A DNA stretch of 64,000 nt from Camelus dromedarius. Taxonomy: Eukaryota. How positions within the stretch are numbered: position 1 is the first letter of the stretch; each line of letters starts with the position of its first letter. The stretch spans positions 84,384,001 to 84,448,000 of the forward strand of contig NC_087437.1 in the NCBI RefSeq assembly GCF_036321535.1, read 5' to 3'. The position numbers and the translations under genes were made by a program. The notes under the pieces are model-generated. The model had not been told where the DNA came from. It searched no databases and saw only the letters and a program-made list of their open reading frames with translations. Below, one piece after another: positions 12,798 through 26,590 of the stretch.

Positions 12798-13450
12798 TGT
12801 TACCAAACCAAACTCGTCTAATGTGCAGTAAAGCCAATCTACTGACACCAGCTTGTGGTGAAGGAAAGTTACTTATTTATTGCAAGATGCCAGATGTAGG
12901 GCCAAGCAAAGAGAATGGGCAGCTCATGCTCAGAAGACCCAAACTCCCCGATGGATTTCAAGGAAGGGTTTTTAAAGACAAGTTGAGAGGGAGGGTTGAG
13001 AGTTGCATGATCAGCTTATGTACATTCTTCTGATTGGCTGATGGTGAGGTAACCGTGTGATGTTATGACAATCTCAATTATCAGTTTTCTGGCTTCAGTG
13101 GATCTACGGTCTACGTGCTGGTGGTCAGCAATTAACTTCTTCTACCTGGTTGGGGTTTTAGTGTCTGCAAAACAACTCAAGTATATGGTTCAGGATATTA
13201 TCTATAACCCTTGAGGTGGGACAGAAGGTTCTTGATTTTGTTTTATGGCTAAACACTTATTAAACACTTATTATTTTATGTTGCTTGACTGTTTTCCTTT
13301 GTTTCTGCAGTTTCTCACTTCTCTGATTAAATTTCCTCTTTGGAACTCAGGGAAGGCCTAGGGGGCTAAAGTTTTACTACAAATAAGAGGCAGGCAGGAG
13401 ACATGGAAGTTTGTCTCTGGGAATATCCTGCAGGGTCCTGCTTGGTTTCA
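12798..13450 (-). mobile_element. Class I ERV solo LTR (653 bp)
   Basis: TG...CA termini, 4-bp TSD GGCT/GGTT; on the minus strand CCAAT, TATA-like and AATAAA signals occur in LTR order. Confidence 0.8.
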
Positions 13451-14984
13451 GGTTCATCACTGCTGCATCTCAAGAAAGGAGCTTACATGTTGGCAAGTAT
13501 GGTAAAAAATAAATAAATAAATAAGCCCCTCAGGATGGTAAAATGCAATATTTTGCTTTTGAATCTTTAGGTTGCATGGTCTCATGATGATTTCTTTCTA
13601 ACGTTGCCAAGTTTGGATGGGCTTAACACATCAAGATAATGGCTTAGAGCATTTATTTTTATAGTGGAGGAAAATATGGAGTCTTCACAGTGCCTTTGAA
13701 AAAGGGTTAATTGAATGCCACAGAGATAAAGAAAAGGATAATTTATGAATGGTGAGAGTGGGATCAGGTGAGGTGGGCATCAACAACAGAGTGGGATGCC
13801 ATACGGAGGTTTTTAGGTAAACCCCAATGAGTTAGGAAAGTGAATACTGCCAATAATGTTTGTTCTTTAACTCTCAGAGAGAGAAGCAAGCATTTGCCAT
13901 TGTCTAGGTAATCATGTGAAAATTGAACAGAATGGTCCTATAAATTATGAAGTCTGAATGGTTTAAATGTTGTCATTAAGTTCAAAATGCTCAAGATTAA
14001 ACTGAAGATCTATGAAGTTATTCTCCCCCCCATATTTGTTCAAGTCAATACGAAGACTGTCTTGTTTATCCTCACAGAGCTATATAAAATAATCTCAGAT
14101 ATCATGTTTAATGGTATCTCAGTATTTCAGACTTTTCTTTGTTGGGTGGTAGAAACACAAAATCAAGCACAGTAATTTACAAGAGGCTCTAAAATTCTTG
14201 CCAGGGCCTGGCTATTAAAGGTGGTTATTATATGTTATTCTAGTTAGTAGATGCACATTTTATTACACAAACTCAGGTACAAGAAATATAACATTTTCTC
14301 ATAATTCAACTTAATTTTAATTTCAAGTTTTCATTTTGTCAGAAATAAAATTGCATTATTTATTTCAGGGATCTGCACATTCCTTTCTCCAGAGTTATGC
14401 CTCTATTTCAACAAGATTTTGTTATTGTTGGACGTGGTGGCTTTAGGAACATCAAATCTCAGTGTTGGGGTTGAAGATTTCTAGTCTCAGTGTTGTCTGC
14501 TCCTACCAGCTTCTGCTGAGACACTCTTCATCTTGTGTTTTCCTCATTTGTCTGTCCATTCTGGTTTCAGCTAATCTATTCCTTATTGTCTTCTTAAAGG
14601 TCACATAGGTATAATCACTTTCTGAATTATGTTCATAGATGCATGGAACTAGATGCATGGGACTCATTCTGCTACTGCAGGTCCACCCTGGGACATGAAA
14701 AACTCTATGGAGATGTATAAGACACTATCTGAATTAACATTCCATATCATGGAATGTTCCAGGTAAAGCATACCTCTGTTGCTTCAGTTGAGTCTTTCCA
14801 ATGTGTTTAGGTGTCTACTCAGACTATAGGCAGAGAGATTTATAGCTTTGTATAGTTTTTGCACTTCCCAAAGGTTCCCAGCCAAAAGAACTGGTGGAAC
14901 CTGAAATCCTGGGCAGTCTACAACGTAGGCTGAAATCCTAGGCTTTCTCCCTGGCAGAGGGGAATAGGTAACTTTTACTATACA

Positions 14985-16690
14985 AAGTGGTTTTGTCCTG
15001 AAATGGTGTTGCATTTTGTCACATGCTTTTTCTGTGTCTATTGAAATGATCATATGGTTTTGTCCTCTATTAAAATGGTAGATTAGATTAGTTGATTTTC
15101 AGACTTTAAACTAACTTGGTATTCTTGGGATAAATCCCACTAGTCATAGTGTGTTATTCTTTTTACATGTTGTTAGACTTGGTTTGTAAATATTTTGTTG
15201 AGAAATTTTACATCATATTTATAAGAGATACTGGCTTGTAGTTTTCATTTCCTGTGATATCTCTGTCTGCATTAGGGTTTAGAGAAATATTGACCTCATA
15301 GTATGAACTGGGAAGTGTTCCCTCTTCTGTTTCTTGGAAGGATTATTATTAATTCTTCTTTAAAATTGTGGTAGCATTCACCAGTGAGGCCATTTGTACC
15401 TGGGCTTGTCTTGTGGGAAGTTTTTAAGTTTCCTACTCAATCTGTTCACTTGTTGTAGGTTAATTCAAATAGTTTATTCTTGAGTCAGTTTCTCCAATTT
15501 GGGACTCTATAGAAATTTGCTTACTTCATCTAAGTTATTTAATTTATTGGCATACAGTAGTTCATATTTCCTCAAAATCTTCTTTAAGATTGGTACTAAT
15601 ATTCTCTATTTCATTCCTGTTTTTAGTAATTTGAATCTTTTTTTCCCTTGGTCAGTCTAAGTAAAGATTTGTCAATTTTATTGATCTTTTCAAAGAAGCA
15701 AATTTTTGTTTTATTCTTTTTTATCTACTGTTTTCTATACTCTATTTCATTAGTATCTGCTCTAATTTTTATTATTTCTTTCCATTTAATTAATGAGACA
15801 GTGTCACCATATCCTCCTTTACTTCTTTAAGTATAGTTTCCTTTAGTTCTCTGAACATAATTGTAGTAGCTTCTTTGAAGTCTTTGTCTCCTAATTACAT
15901 TTGTCCCTTATCTAGCCAGTTTCTGTTGCCTGCTTTTTCCTTTGTATATGGGCCAATTTTTCTGTGTCTTTGCCTGTCTAATAATTTTTGGTTGACAACT
16001 GGGCATTTTAGACATTGTAGCAATTCTGGTTACTGATTCTCCTACTTTAGGGCTTTGTTTATTTCTTGGTAACTTAGTTGGATTATTATGGTGATGTTTA
16101 TTTTTTCCTTTAGTTTAAAACTTCTGATGTTACTCCCCAGAGGACCTATCCTTGGACATGTATCTAGTCACCTTGAGATGACAGTGAATTCATCAGAGGC
16201 TCTCTTTGTTCCTTTCATTGATCTCTCTGTTTAGTGATTTTCCTCAGTTGGTATCATACCCAGCTGTTAGGTTATATTAATTGTTGTTGATTGATTTATT
16301 ATTTATTATTTGTATACAGTATTTTATAGTGTGATGCAATTAAGTATAGACTGCTTTGCCAGGGTAGTTCTAGAAGCAAGTCTTTGAGGTTAATTCTGAT
16401 ACCAGGAAGGATTCCCTTTATTGTTTCTTTCACTGGTTCTTTCTGGTAAACTAGCTGGTCTACTGTTTAGTTTGTTGCTCTCATGGACCCACTAGACTCC
16501 TCTTAAATACTTACCACCGAAATATCCATTGATTTTTTAGAGTGACCTTAGGCTTGGACTTTCTCATACTCTATTCCAAATAAAGTCAGTTCCCTTGGAG
16601 AGAGATTTAAACTCTGTTCTTATGGTCTGCCTTTCCCATTGGGTGAAATCTCTGTTCCACTCTCTGGAGCTTTGGAAAGGGACATTGGCC
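14985..16690 (-). mobile_element. Old L1M fragment (ORF2 RT region plus upstream portion)
   Basis: Translation MIISIDTEKACDKMQHHF matches the L1 RT motif MIISIDAEKAFDKIQHPF; typical T-rich antisense L1 text continues to ~16.7 kb. Confidence 0.8.
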
Positions 16691-16694
16691 CATT

Positions 16695-17345
16695 CTAAAA
16701 TAGTGATTTCAAGACCTACTATAAAAATCAACAGTACGTGATATAGATATAAATATAAACAGAGATCAATGGAGCAAAATATAGAGTCCAGAAATAGACC
16801 CATACATTCATGATCAATTGAGTTTTGACAAAGGTACCAAGATAATTCAATGGGAAAAGATGGTTTTATTCTTTTTTAAAAATAGTGCTGGAACAACTAA
16901 ATACTTATACAGAAATAAATAAATCTTTTCTCTGACTTTACATACAAATTCAATTCTTAATATGTCATATACATGAAAGTAAAATTTAAACCTATAAAAC
17001 TTTTAGATGACATCCTAAAGATTTGATGTCTAGGAATAGATTTGAAAAGGTAAAGAATTTTATAATGGATACAACAAGCACTTATAAAAAGAAAAAAAAA
17101 AAGATAAGTTGGATGTCATTAAAAAGAAAAAAAAGACTCCTGTTCTTTGAAAACCATCCCTAAGGAATGAATGAAAAGGCAAGCCACAAACCAAGAAAAT
17201 ATTTACAATGATATGTATGACAACAGAATTCAAACCAGGATATACGAAGAATTCCATATAAGACAATTCAAAAATAAAATGTGAATAACCATTTGAACAG
17301 ATTCTTCTCAGAAGATAGATAAGTGAATAATATGCTCAGAATGAT
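16695..17345 (+). mobile_element. Old L1M(E) ORF2 3' fragment
   Basis: 'gatcaatggagcaaaatatagagtccagaaatagacccatac...ttttgacaaaggtaccaagataattcaatggg'. Confidence 0.8.
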
Positions 17346-17379
17346 TTTCAAAATCTTTGAAATTCATCTCAAATTAAAG

Positions 17380-18030
17380 TACTCTTTCTCTCTCAATGTG
17401 GGCTTATTTAAACTGAAGGCTGGCAGTCCTAATTTTCCAGTTTATGTAGCCTCTGGCCATCAGCAGCCAATACAAATAGTAGCTTTAAACACATACAGTT
17501 TGGGGAAGGTAAGGGGAAAAAAGTAAGGGACAGGAGGTTGTCATCACTCTACTCTATATAGCATATGCTTCCCCTCCCTTTCAAGCAAATGAGTGTGCAC
17601 TTCAAAAAGAGGGATCTGGTGATCTTGTTGGAAACAATAGTCTGGTGTCTAAAGATTGAGAGGCATGCTGAAGCAGCCTGTGTTAGCAGAGTAAACACCG
17701 AGACTGGAAATCTTCTGCATTCTCACAGATAGCAGGATAAATGCGAGCTTTTCTCAAAGATCAAATGTGGGCCAAGGAGAAAGAAACAACCTGACTTTTT
17801 TTCCGTAGGGCCACTTGGATGGTCTGGAAGATGGCTGCTCAAAGACGCTGGAGTTATAATGCTGAAAGTACAGATAAGAAGTTAGGGATTATCTGCCAAC
17901 GGCCAGGGAAGATGTATATGGCATCAGAACACTTTAGAGGAAACATCCCCAGCAGTGTGGTGTCTCTTTGCCAATGAAAATGCGCTTAAGAAAAGTCAGC
18001 TTTAAACATTTATCTCATTCAGGGATACTC
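17380..18030 (+). mobile_element. Possible ancient LTR remnant (LTR78-like)
   Basis: Purine-rich, more GC-rich block containing 'aaaagtcagctttaaaca', similar to the motif in the 6187-6835 element. Confidence 0.3.
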
Positions 18031-20074
18031 TACATCAGCTCTTTCTAGTCAAATGCAAATAATTTTGTGAATAGCAGCTAACTAAGGGTCTTGTTTGAGA
18101 ATTCATTCACAGCACAGAGAAAGAACTAGCACGACAAAGGTGAATTTAGTTAGGTAATAATGTGGAAATACTAGAATTATTTTTTCATTGCCTGGAAGGA
18201 GTGCCAATTTGGGGGCACACTGATAATGAACAAATATTAAATTTGCTTTTATAAGCACATAATATTAAAATATTAACCAGATCCAGAAACATAAATATTA
18301 AAAGAATAGCATGATCATAACTCAGATTACACCTCAATTAAAATAGAAATAAAGTAGATTGTCAACAATTTTACTTTTTTTGTAGTCCTTTCCAGGGAAA
18401 TTGGGGAAAATTTCCAAAGTGGGTTTCTCTCATTTCCCATACAACTATGCTTCTTTTTGTTGGTTTTTCAGACTAAAAATAAAGATTATCTTAAGAAGTG
18501 TCATATTACATAAATTTCATATATTTTATTTTTTATCCTGACATGGCCTAATGTTGCTTAGTACAAGGCAGCCCTTACATAATTTCAGCAGAAGTCAGAT
18601 CCCGAATAGTCATAAATACAAAATGCTAAATGGTCAGATTTAAAATTTAATTTAAATATGAAGCAAGTTGCTTATTAATTCACCTTTCAGTAAGACACTA
18701 TCTGGTTAAAAAAATGTGGGAAAGTCAATTTAATTATATCAGAATTACAGAGATTTAAAAACCTCTTTTTGACCTTTTCACCTTATAGCTTAGTATTGCC
18801 CTTCTACTTGTCAGTTTAGAACTAGCTGTCAAAATTTTCTGGGTACATGTCAGTCTTTCTCTTCATTTTTAAAGTTTTATTTAATTGGGATGTATAGTAA
18901 AAAGTGCCTTAGATAAACCCTTTGCTCTGGCACTAATTAGACATGTGACATTATTTTCTGAGTTTTATTTTCATTAAAGTGAAAATTATACTATTTTAAA
19001 AGCTCATTGTTGATGAAATTAAATGAATTAATGGATAAAAGATCTAACATGGAATAGGTGTTTAAGAAATAAATTCCCCCTGCCCCATATCAAACTGTCC
19101 TTTTCAATGGAAAATGTTCTTATTTATTAATTTTTAAATTAATTTGACAAAATTAATATAATGAAATAAATTTAAAGAATAAATATATGCTATATTAGAA
19201 TGAAACATTATTGCAGCAAATAAATGACTGGTTGTCCCATTATTTCTAAATATCAATTTTATTAATAATTCTTAAATGTCTTAACCTATTCTCTAAGCAC
19301 TAAGAAAAGTTATAACTTTTATTTATATTACAAATTTTACATCAGATGCCACTAGAGGGACTTGTATTATCAGAAGTGTCTTTCAGAAGCATCAGTAGAA
19401 AATATAAGAGGAAAATGTATTAAAGTGAAAATGCCAGGTAATGATTTCTAAATTTTAGATTTTCAACATTTTATGAAAAATAAAAATTATTTTTCTGCAT
19501 TGATTCATTTTGCTTTTATGGACTGTCTCACAATAATTGCTATTTAGTGTACTATTAAGAACTACTATGTCTCACGATTAATTTTAAGTAATTTTAAATA
19601 ATGTACTAAGAAACAATCCTTTAATAGTTTGTGTTGTGTTAGACTTATTGTTTAAAAGGAGACTCTTTAAAGTATTTTAGGTAGCTATGCCTTATTTTGA
19701 CATTTGCAGGCACAATATTGTCAAAATAAACTCTTCACATATTTCCACAGTTGGATAAATTAAGACAAAATCAGTAGTTCTCTTACAATTATATTTAATG
19801 CATGGAGTTTTCAGTAATATGTTCATCTCAAGGTGATATCCAATATAATTGATTTCATATTTATTAAGCATCATCTACTACATTGAAGGAACTCTGCCCT
19901 GGATGTATACAAAGGTGAAGAGAAGCACAAGGTATGTTCTCTATCACTAGAAGAAATTACACTTTCCTATGTAAGTTTGTCATTCAAGATTTCAAGAAGA
20001 AAGAGAGGTCATATGCAAATTAGGATACACTGATTTTTAATTTACAAAGCTACTTTATAGAAATTTACCAGCCA

Positions 20075-20365
20075 ATTATAGGGGAACCTCAGGGTGGGTA
20101 GCCCAGGACTACAGTGAGGAAGAGAGGAAACAATTGCAGGAGAGAGAGTCCTATGGAGGGACTCTCTGGAGAGGAGCAGTTATCTTAGGTCACAGAATGT
20201 AGCCTAGGAGGGAGGGTAAATGCCTCTCCTCTCCTTCTCGTCTCTCCTCATCTGCCAGGACTCCTCAATATGCAACTCGTTGATGGAAAAGACTATAAGG
20301 GCAGATGTCATGGTAGACAAGAGTGAAGAATCAATCTACAAGGAAAAAGAGAACATATTCAGCTA
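20075..20365 (-). mobile_element. LTR33-like ERVL LTR remnant
   Basis: End 'gggcagatgtcatggtagacaagagtgaagaatcaatctacaaggaaaaagagaacatattcagc' resembles antisense LTR33. Confidence 0.5.
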
Positions 20366-20663
20366 AAGAGTAAAGACTAAACTGCCCTAATAAACAATAT
20401 GTTGAATTCTAAGTGTAGGTGTAAGTAAGTTTCTATGGGAATTTACAGACAAATGATTATGTATTTACAAGATCTAGGAACACTTGAAGGAAGGAGATGA
20501 CATAGCACATGAGACAGCCAAATAGTAAAGTATAAATTGTTAAAAATGAAAAGAAGTGATGCAAAAAAAATGTAGTTTGAACAGAAGTGATTCCAAATGT
20601 GTAGTTTGCTTGATTAGAAAACTATTTTTTTTGTGTGTGTGGCAATGAAAGTTTAATGCACTC

Positions 20664-21505
20664 TTTAAACTGAAGTATATTTGATTTACAGTATTAGTTT
20701 CAGGTGTATAGCGTAGTGATTTGGTATTTTTACAGATTCTCCATAGAAATTTTTTAAGGAAACAATCCCATTTACCATTGCATCAAAAAGGATAAAATAC
20801 CTATGAATAAACCTATCTAAAGAGGCAAAGGACCTGTACTCAAAAAACTATAAGACAGTGATGAAAGCAATTGAAAATGACACAAATAGATGGAAAGATA
20901 CTGTGTACTACCCAAGATAATGTACAAACTCAATGCAATCCCTATGAAATTTCCAATGACATTTTTCACAGAACTGGAAAAAAATTTTTTTAAATTTCTA
21001 TGGAAATACAAAACCATGTAACACCATACACCAAGATAAACTCAAAATGGATTAAAGAGCTGAATGTAGACCAGATACTATAAAACTCCTAGAGGAAAAC
21101 ATATGTAGAATACTCTTTGACATAAATTGCAGCAGTATTTTTTTGAACCAGCTCCTGAGTAATGGAAATAAAAGCAAAAATAAGCAAATCAGACCCAGTT
21201 AAACTTTTAAGCTATTGCACAGCTAAGGATAGCATCAACAAACAAAAAGACAACCTATAGAATAGGAGAAAATATTTGCAAATGATGTGACTGACAATGG
21301 ACTAATTTTCAATACATACAAACAGCTCATACATCTTAATATCAAAAAAAAAAAAAAAACCCCAAAACAAGCAGCCCAATCAAAAAATGTGCAGAAGACT
21401 TAAATAGACATCTCTCCAAAGAAGACATCCAGATGGCCAACAGGCACATGAAACAGTATAGATAGGTTCCCTTTTCTCCACACCCTCTCCAGCATTTACT
21501 GTTTA
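20664..21505. mobile_element. Rearranged L1: minus 3' tip (20664-20744), plus ORF2 segment (20746-21453), minus ORF2 segment (21452-21505)
   Basis: The plus ORF2 piece (latter part) and the last minus piece match the L1 at 8778-9841; the first piece matches the 3' end at 27908-28181; orientations alternate. Confidence 0.85.
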
Positions 21506-21679
21506 CATGGAAAAAAGACACAAAACCCACATAAAGAGCATCTGATTTTCCTTTTAAACATTACTTTGTATTAATTAATTTGATCAAAGTAATAGATGTA
21601 TCTAGTTTAAAATGTCAAATGGTACTAGAGGTTAACAATTAAAACAACAATAAAACAAATAGTAATTGCTAATAAATTT

Positions 21680-21835
21680 TTAAAGTTCTTATCACAAGAA
21701 AAAAAATTGTAACAATGTAAAGTGATAAGTGTTAACTAGACATTGTGGTGATATCTGCAATTTATATCAGTATCAGATCAAGTTGAACACCTGAAACTAA
21801 TATGGTTAGCATACAACATACCTCAATTTTAAAAA
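21680..21835 (+). mobile_element. L1MA9-like 3' end
   Basis: 'aaagttcttatcacaagaaaaaaaattgtaac...acacctgaaactaatat...acctcaatt'. Confidence 0.7.
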
Positions 21836-22396
21836 GATCTTGAAAGTTAGATCTAGATGTTTATGCTTGTTTTGCTGTGAATTTGATGAGTTTGATATTT
21901 AATATTAAAGTCCAAAATAAAATTCTTTAAATAAAAAAAATTTAAAAATTAGATAAAAGTCTTTTCTGTCTATTCCCCAGGTTCATGGACAGACTTTGGA
22001 GTAAGTCCCCACCTGGGCCACTATTCAGGGTACTCTGAGAAGGGAGTTACTCTATAAAAGTTTGCATGAAGTTGAAACATAAACAGCTGTTTTATCCCTG
22101 ACACAGGTAAAAACTCTCTTAAGGTTTTTTTTTGTTTTTTTGTTTTTTTAATTTGCAAAGAATCTGGTTCCCTTATTATTGTCCCACATTCTACTCTTTG
22201 TTCAAATCAAACTACGTACTTAGAACACAGGTCTTCTGCATTCGCTGGGAGACTGCAACTATCTCATCCTCCCACATCCAAACAAACAACAACAAACAGC
22301 AGTTCTCTAGTCACCCTCTCCTACCATGCCCCATTCACCAGAGAGGAATCTGCATCTTTCCATTTTCAGTCAACAACAACTGATACAAATGGCATT

Positions 22397-22843
22397 ACTG
22401 GAGATCGTCATTCTAAGTGAAGTAAGTCAGAAAGAGAAAGAAAAATGCTATATGATATCCCTTATATGTACAAACTGAAAAAAGATAGACAAACAAACTT
22501 ATTTACAAAACAGAAACAGATTCACAGACATAAAAAACAAACTTATGGTTACCAGCAGAAGAAGGACGGTGGGAAGGGATAAATTGGGAGTACGAGATTT
22601 ATAGATCCTAACTGATATATATAAAATAGATAAACAACAAGTTCATACTGTACAGCACAGGGAACTATATTCAATATTTTGTAGTAACTTATGGTGAAAA
22701 AGAGTACGAAAACAAATATATATATGTTCATGTATGTCTGAAGCATTATGCTGTATACCAGAAATGGACACAACATTGTAAACTGACTATACTTCAATAA
22801 AAAATATATATATATACTAAAAAACAAAAAACAAAAAACAAAA
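22397..22843 (+). mobile_element. Young 5'-truncated L1 3'UTR with A-rich tail
   Basis: Shares 'gagatc.tcattctaagtgaagtaag.cagaaagaga' with 9716-9755; ends 'tgactatacttcaataaaaa' + (CAAAAAA)n. Confidence 0.9.
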
Positions 22844-23053
22844 CCTGATGGACTCATTTAAAACTGGAACTGTCATTCTTTTTATAGCTTCATAATGTCT
22901 GAGATATACCATCATTTACTTAGCCATTCTCTTATTGAGGGAAATTCACTTTGTTTGCAATTTTTTTATCACTATAGACAATTTTATAGTATATATTTTT
23001 GTGTACATATACTTAGGTACTGCTGGTTTTATATCTACAAGATACAGTGCCCA

Positions 23054-23686
23054 TGATGCAGGAAAACAGATGTGGGAGGTGGGGAAGAGCTGTGTCAGAG
23101 GCTTCGGTTGAGCCCCTGGGATGTGCCCCGCCAAGTGTGGGTCCTTGGCTTTGCACAGGAAGGAATTCAAGGGTGAGCCACAGTTGAGTAAAGGTAGATT
23201 TATTCAGAAAGATACATTGAAAGGTAAGAGAAAGGCCATAAGGTGTGGTGGGGGTTGGGTGCTCAGATTAAAAGTAGGTACACACTCCATAGACAGAGTG
23301 CAGGCAGTCTCTGAAGGGAGAAAGGGCAGCCATGAGGCGAGGCACCATCTTGCCAGTTTTTATTGGCTCAGTGGTTTCATATGCTAATAAGTGGAAGGAC
23401 CAGTCTAAGTAGCCTGGGGAAGGGGCTGGGATTCCCAGGAAGTTGGCCATTTCCCACTCTTTGACCTTTTGTGGCTAGCCTTGTGACTGTCATGGCACCT
23501 GTAGGCTTGTTATTCATCATGCTAACATAGTACAATAAGCATATAATGAAGCTTAAGATCTACTAGAAGTTAAATCTCCCATCATCTTGAGCCTCAAGGC
23601 CTACTGGGGGTTGAATCTTTCACCATTTTGATGTTAATTGCTGTAGCATTCCTTGAATGGCTGTGCCCTGCCCCCTTCCTGTCTCA
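23054..23686 (-). mobile_element. MER41-like class I ERV solo LTR
   Basis: TG...CA termini, perfect TSD CCCA (23050-23053, 23687-23690); inverted homologue of 33978-34606. Confidence 0.9.
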
Positions 23687-25349
23687 CCCAGACTATATTG
23701 TCATTAAATTTTGGTAAAAAGTCTGCTTACCTGTTACTTAGTCTTTTTTCCCCACATATCTTCAGTATAATCAAGTGTCATTTTAGCACAATTTGTGTAA
23801 TCATATATTTTGTCTTTTAATTTGTTGATGAAATTAATCTACTGATAGCCTACAATTTTAAGATGCTTAAATTACTCTTATAAGCTGCTTGTGTCAGTCA
23901 CAATTCTCCATTGCAAATACTACCTCTAAATACCTTAGAGTCACTTACAAATAGTTAAAGCAGAAAATGGACTCTATATGCTGAACCTTTGTTATGAATT
24001 ATTTCTTATGAAGCAAAGACTCCTATAGGTAGAAGCAAGGGAGCCTTGTAGGTAAGTTCTGCTTTCTAAATGGATATTTTGGATGTGAAATGTGACAAAT
24101 TACTAGAGTAGAAGACACATGTTGCAAAGGTGCCAACTGCCATTAATAGGACAAGTCTCTACAAGTTTCTTAGAACAGTATTCTATTGATAAATTGCTGT
24201 GTTCAGTTTCTTAATGTTTTACTTAATATCTCTTATGTACATTCACTAGTGAGATAAGTAGTTTTAATTTTGTACTATTTTAATTTGGTTTTGAAATTAA
24301 AGTTAAAATAGTATTTAAAATAACATTGGGATTGTTACAGAAGGTTAGAGAGATATCAGCGATCAAAACTATCTTCATTTAAAAAGACGTTGGAAACATT
24401 TTTTGTGTATGTTATACTTAAAATTTCTCAAGAATTATTATTGCATTTTTGTTCAAATTCTCTCTCCAACAATTTGATTCTGTTGTAGATATATTCTGAT
24501 CTTTCATTTTCTTCTCAATGTTAGACCTTCTTGGGTATGGTGCTATTTCTCAGGAATTTTTTATTATAGTTTTTTATCAAATTTTTTGGCTAAAATTTTC
24601 AGTGCAATGTCTTAATTAAGGCAGTAGTTTAGACAGTTGTGAGGTACTTCTTCAAATCTTTCAACCACTGGAGGATTTTTTAGAGACTGACACATTTTAT
24701 TAGAAGGTAATGTATAAAGCTATTTTAATGGATTCATGTTTTTCCATCAGTGTATGTTTGCAAAGATATTTCCATAGTGACTTTTTATGCCACCAATCAA
24801 ATTTAAACCCTTCTTCCTGCCCTATAGAACAAATTCTACAAAGATGAAAATTCTTGAATAGCCTTTAACAAAAATAAAATGTTTTCACTCAGTTTTCAGC
24901 AGTAAGAACTGAAAGATTCAATAGGACGCCATTTTGTATTTATTCATACTAAGATTCCCATACAAGTACCAGTGTATTATTACAAGATGTTATATCTAGT
25001 CTCATGGATAATTTAGAAGTAAATTTTATATTATTTCTTCACCAGAGACAGTAAAAGTTGCAAGAGAAAAAATTTTTTGCATACAGAATGTCAAAACTAG
25101 CCTGAATTAAAAGAATATTAATTATCAGTGGCACAGGTGTTTGAAGAATACTCTAATACAAAATAAATTTGAGATTTAATTAGTAGATCTTAAAGACAAG
25201 GTCAACATAGATGGGGTCCACCAACACTCTCAAGAATAGTTAAGTATGTCTGTTACTATAAGGTTTAATACTAAAACGAAAGAATAATTTAAAAAGTAGA
25301 ATTTTTAAAAAATTATACTGTTAGAATATGAGTTAAAATATTAGACATG

Positions 25350-25620
25350 AATTGTCATATCCAAAAGGAACCTAAAGAAACAACACAGCTAAATGTAGTG
25401 TGGCGCCCTGGAAAGGATCTTGGAATTAAAAAAAAAGAAGACGTGAGGTAAAACTAAGAAAATGTGTAGATTTTAATTAACGATAATATATCAATATTTT
25501 AAAAATTATAATAGATGTGTCATGTTAATAATAGGAAAAACTGATGTGGGGTATATGTGAACTATCAGTATTGTCTTCAATTTTTCTGTGTATCTAAAAC
25601 TGTTCTAAAATAAAGTATTT
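25350..25620 (+). mobile_element. L1MC-type 3' end
   Basis: 'agctaaatgtagtgtggcgccctgg...ggtaaaactaagaaaat...tttttctgtgtatctaaaactgttctaaaataaag'. Confidence 0.75.
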
Positions 25621-26449
25621 TATTTTAAAATATTGACCAAAATATTGTCCAGCTGTGATTCAGTATACAAATTTTTTCCCAACAGTTACTCTGACCTTAA
25701 GTTAAGGGCTTTTGAAGATTGAATTCACTCTTTTAGGATTTAGAATCCTTCAAGATCAATTGATGGTACAACTTCAATATATGGTATTGTCCCAAATCTG
25801 AGAACTCTAATTGAAATAAATCATTTTAACACTACCTTTCCACAAGGAAATCAATGCCAATGATTAAAATTATTCAAATACTATTGATTTGGGAGGTATT
25901 CTTATGAGAAGACTAACAACAGATTTATAGAAATATACTTGAATTTAAAGGAATTCTGCTGGAAAGTAAATTGAATATAATAATTCCTTTATAGTATTTG
26001 TGAGCTCTCAATGAGTTAAAAGGGATTTTCTATATATGCATTTATGTTTTGTTCATTCTAAAATGTTATTATAGAGAAATGAAAAATCGTTCACTTAAAA
26101 AGTTGCAGTAGTACAATAAAATAAGATAAATATTTGTCTGTAAATCTTAAAAGGTTATATTTTATCAGTGCTGCTGTGCTGCTGATGCTATTTCTACATT
26201 TGATAGTTCATTTCTAAGAAACAGCATAGCCCATTTGGACAAAGCACAACTCGATCTGTCCATGAATCTTCTATCTATGGGTTTACATGTTAATTCATTG
26301 TTTTAATTGGGTATATTTTTCACATCATTACACTGACTAATGAAATTTCAAATACCTAGTAACCACAGGAAACACACAAATAGCTAAATCTATTTTTAGT
26401 TATTAAAAAGAAAAAAATTTTTAAATATATATTATCATATATTAAGTAG

Positions 26450-26590
26450 TTAATATAGTATATGATGCTAAGTGCTTTATGTTTATGATTTGTTTGATCT
26501 TTAAAACTCCCATGAAACAGTGAATATTATTAACTCCACTTTAGAGATAAGGAAATTTGCAGCTTTTGGTGTCACAGTAATGAGAAGTCA
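26450..26590 (-). mobile_element. MIR fragment
   Basis: 'tgctaagtgctttatg...tattattaactccactttagagataaggaaa'. Confidence 0.55.

Noticed and set aside
13250..13272. Short tandem duplications (TAAACACTTAT x2; also ~14637-14660, ~31287-31321, ~50858-50880)
   Set aside because: Ordinary slippage-type micro-duplications; not a CRISPR-like or otherwise regular array
22053..22112. TATAAAAG followed by a weak donor CAG|GTAAAA
   Set aside because: Such motifs are frequent in AT-rich DNA, and there is no CpG, ORF or other support
23268..23450. Similar 60-aa ORFs here and at 34214-34396 (MANFLGIPA...)
   Set aside because: The similarity simply reflects two copies of the same LTR; no evidence of coding constraint
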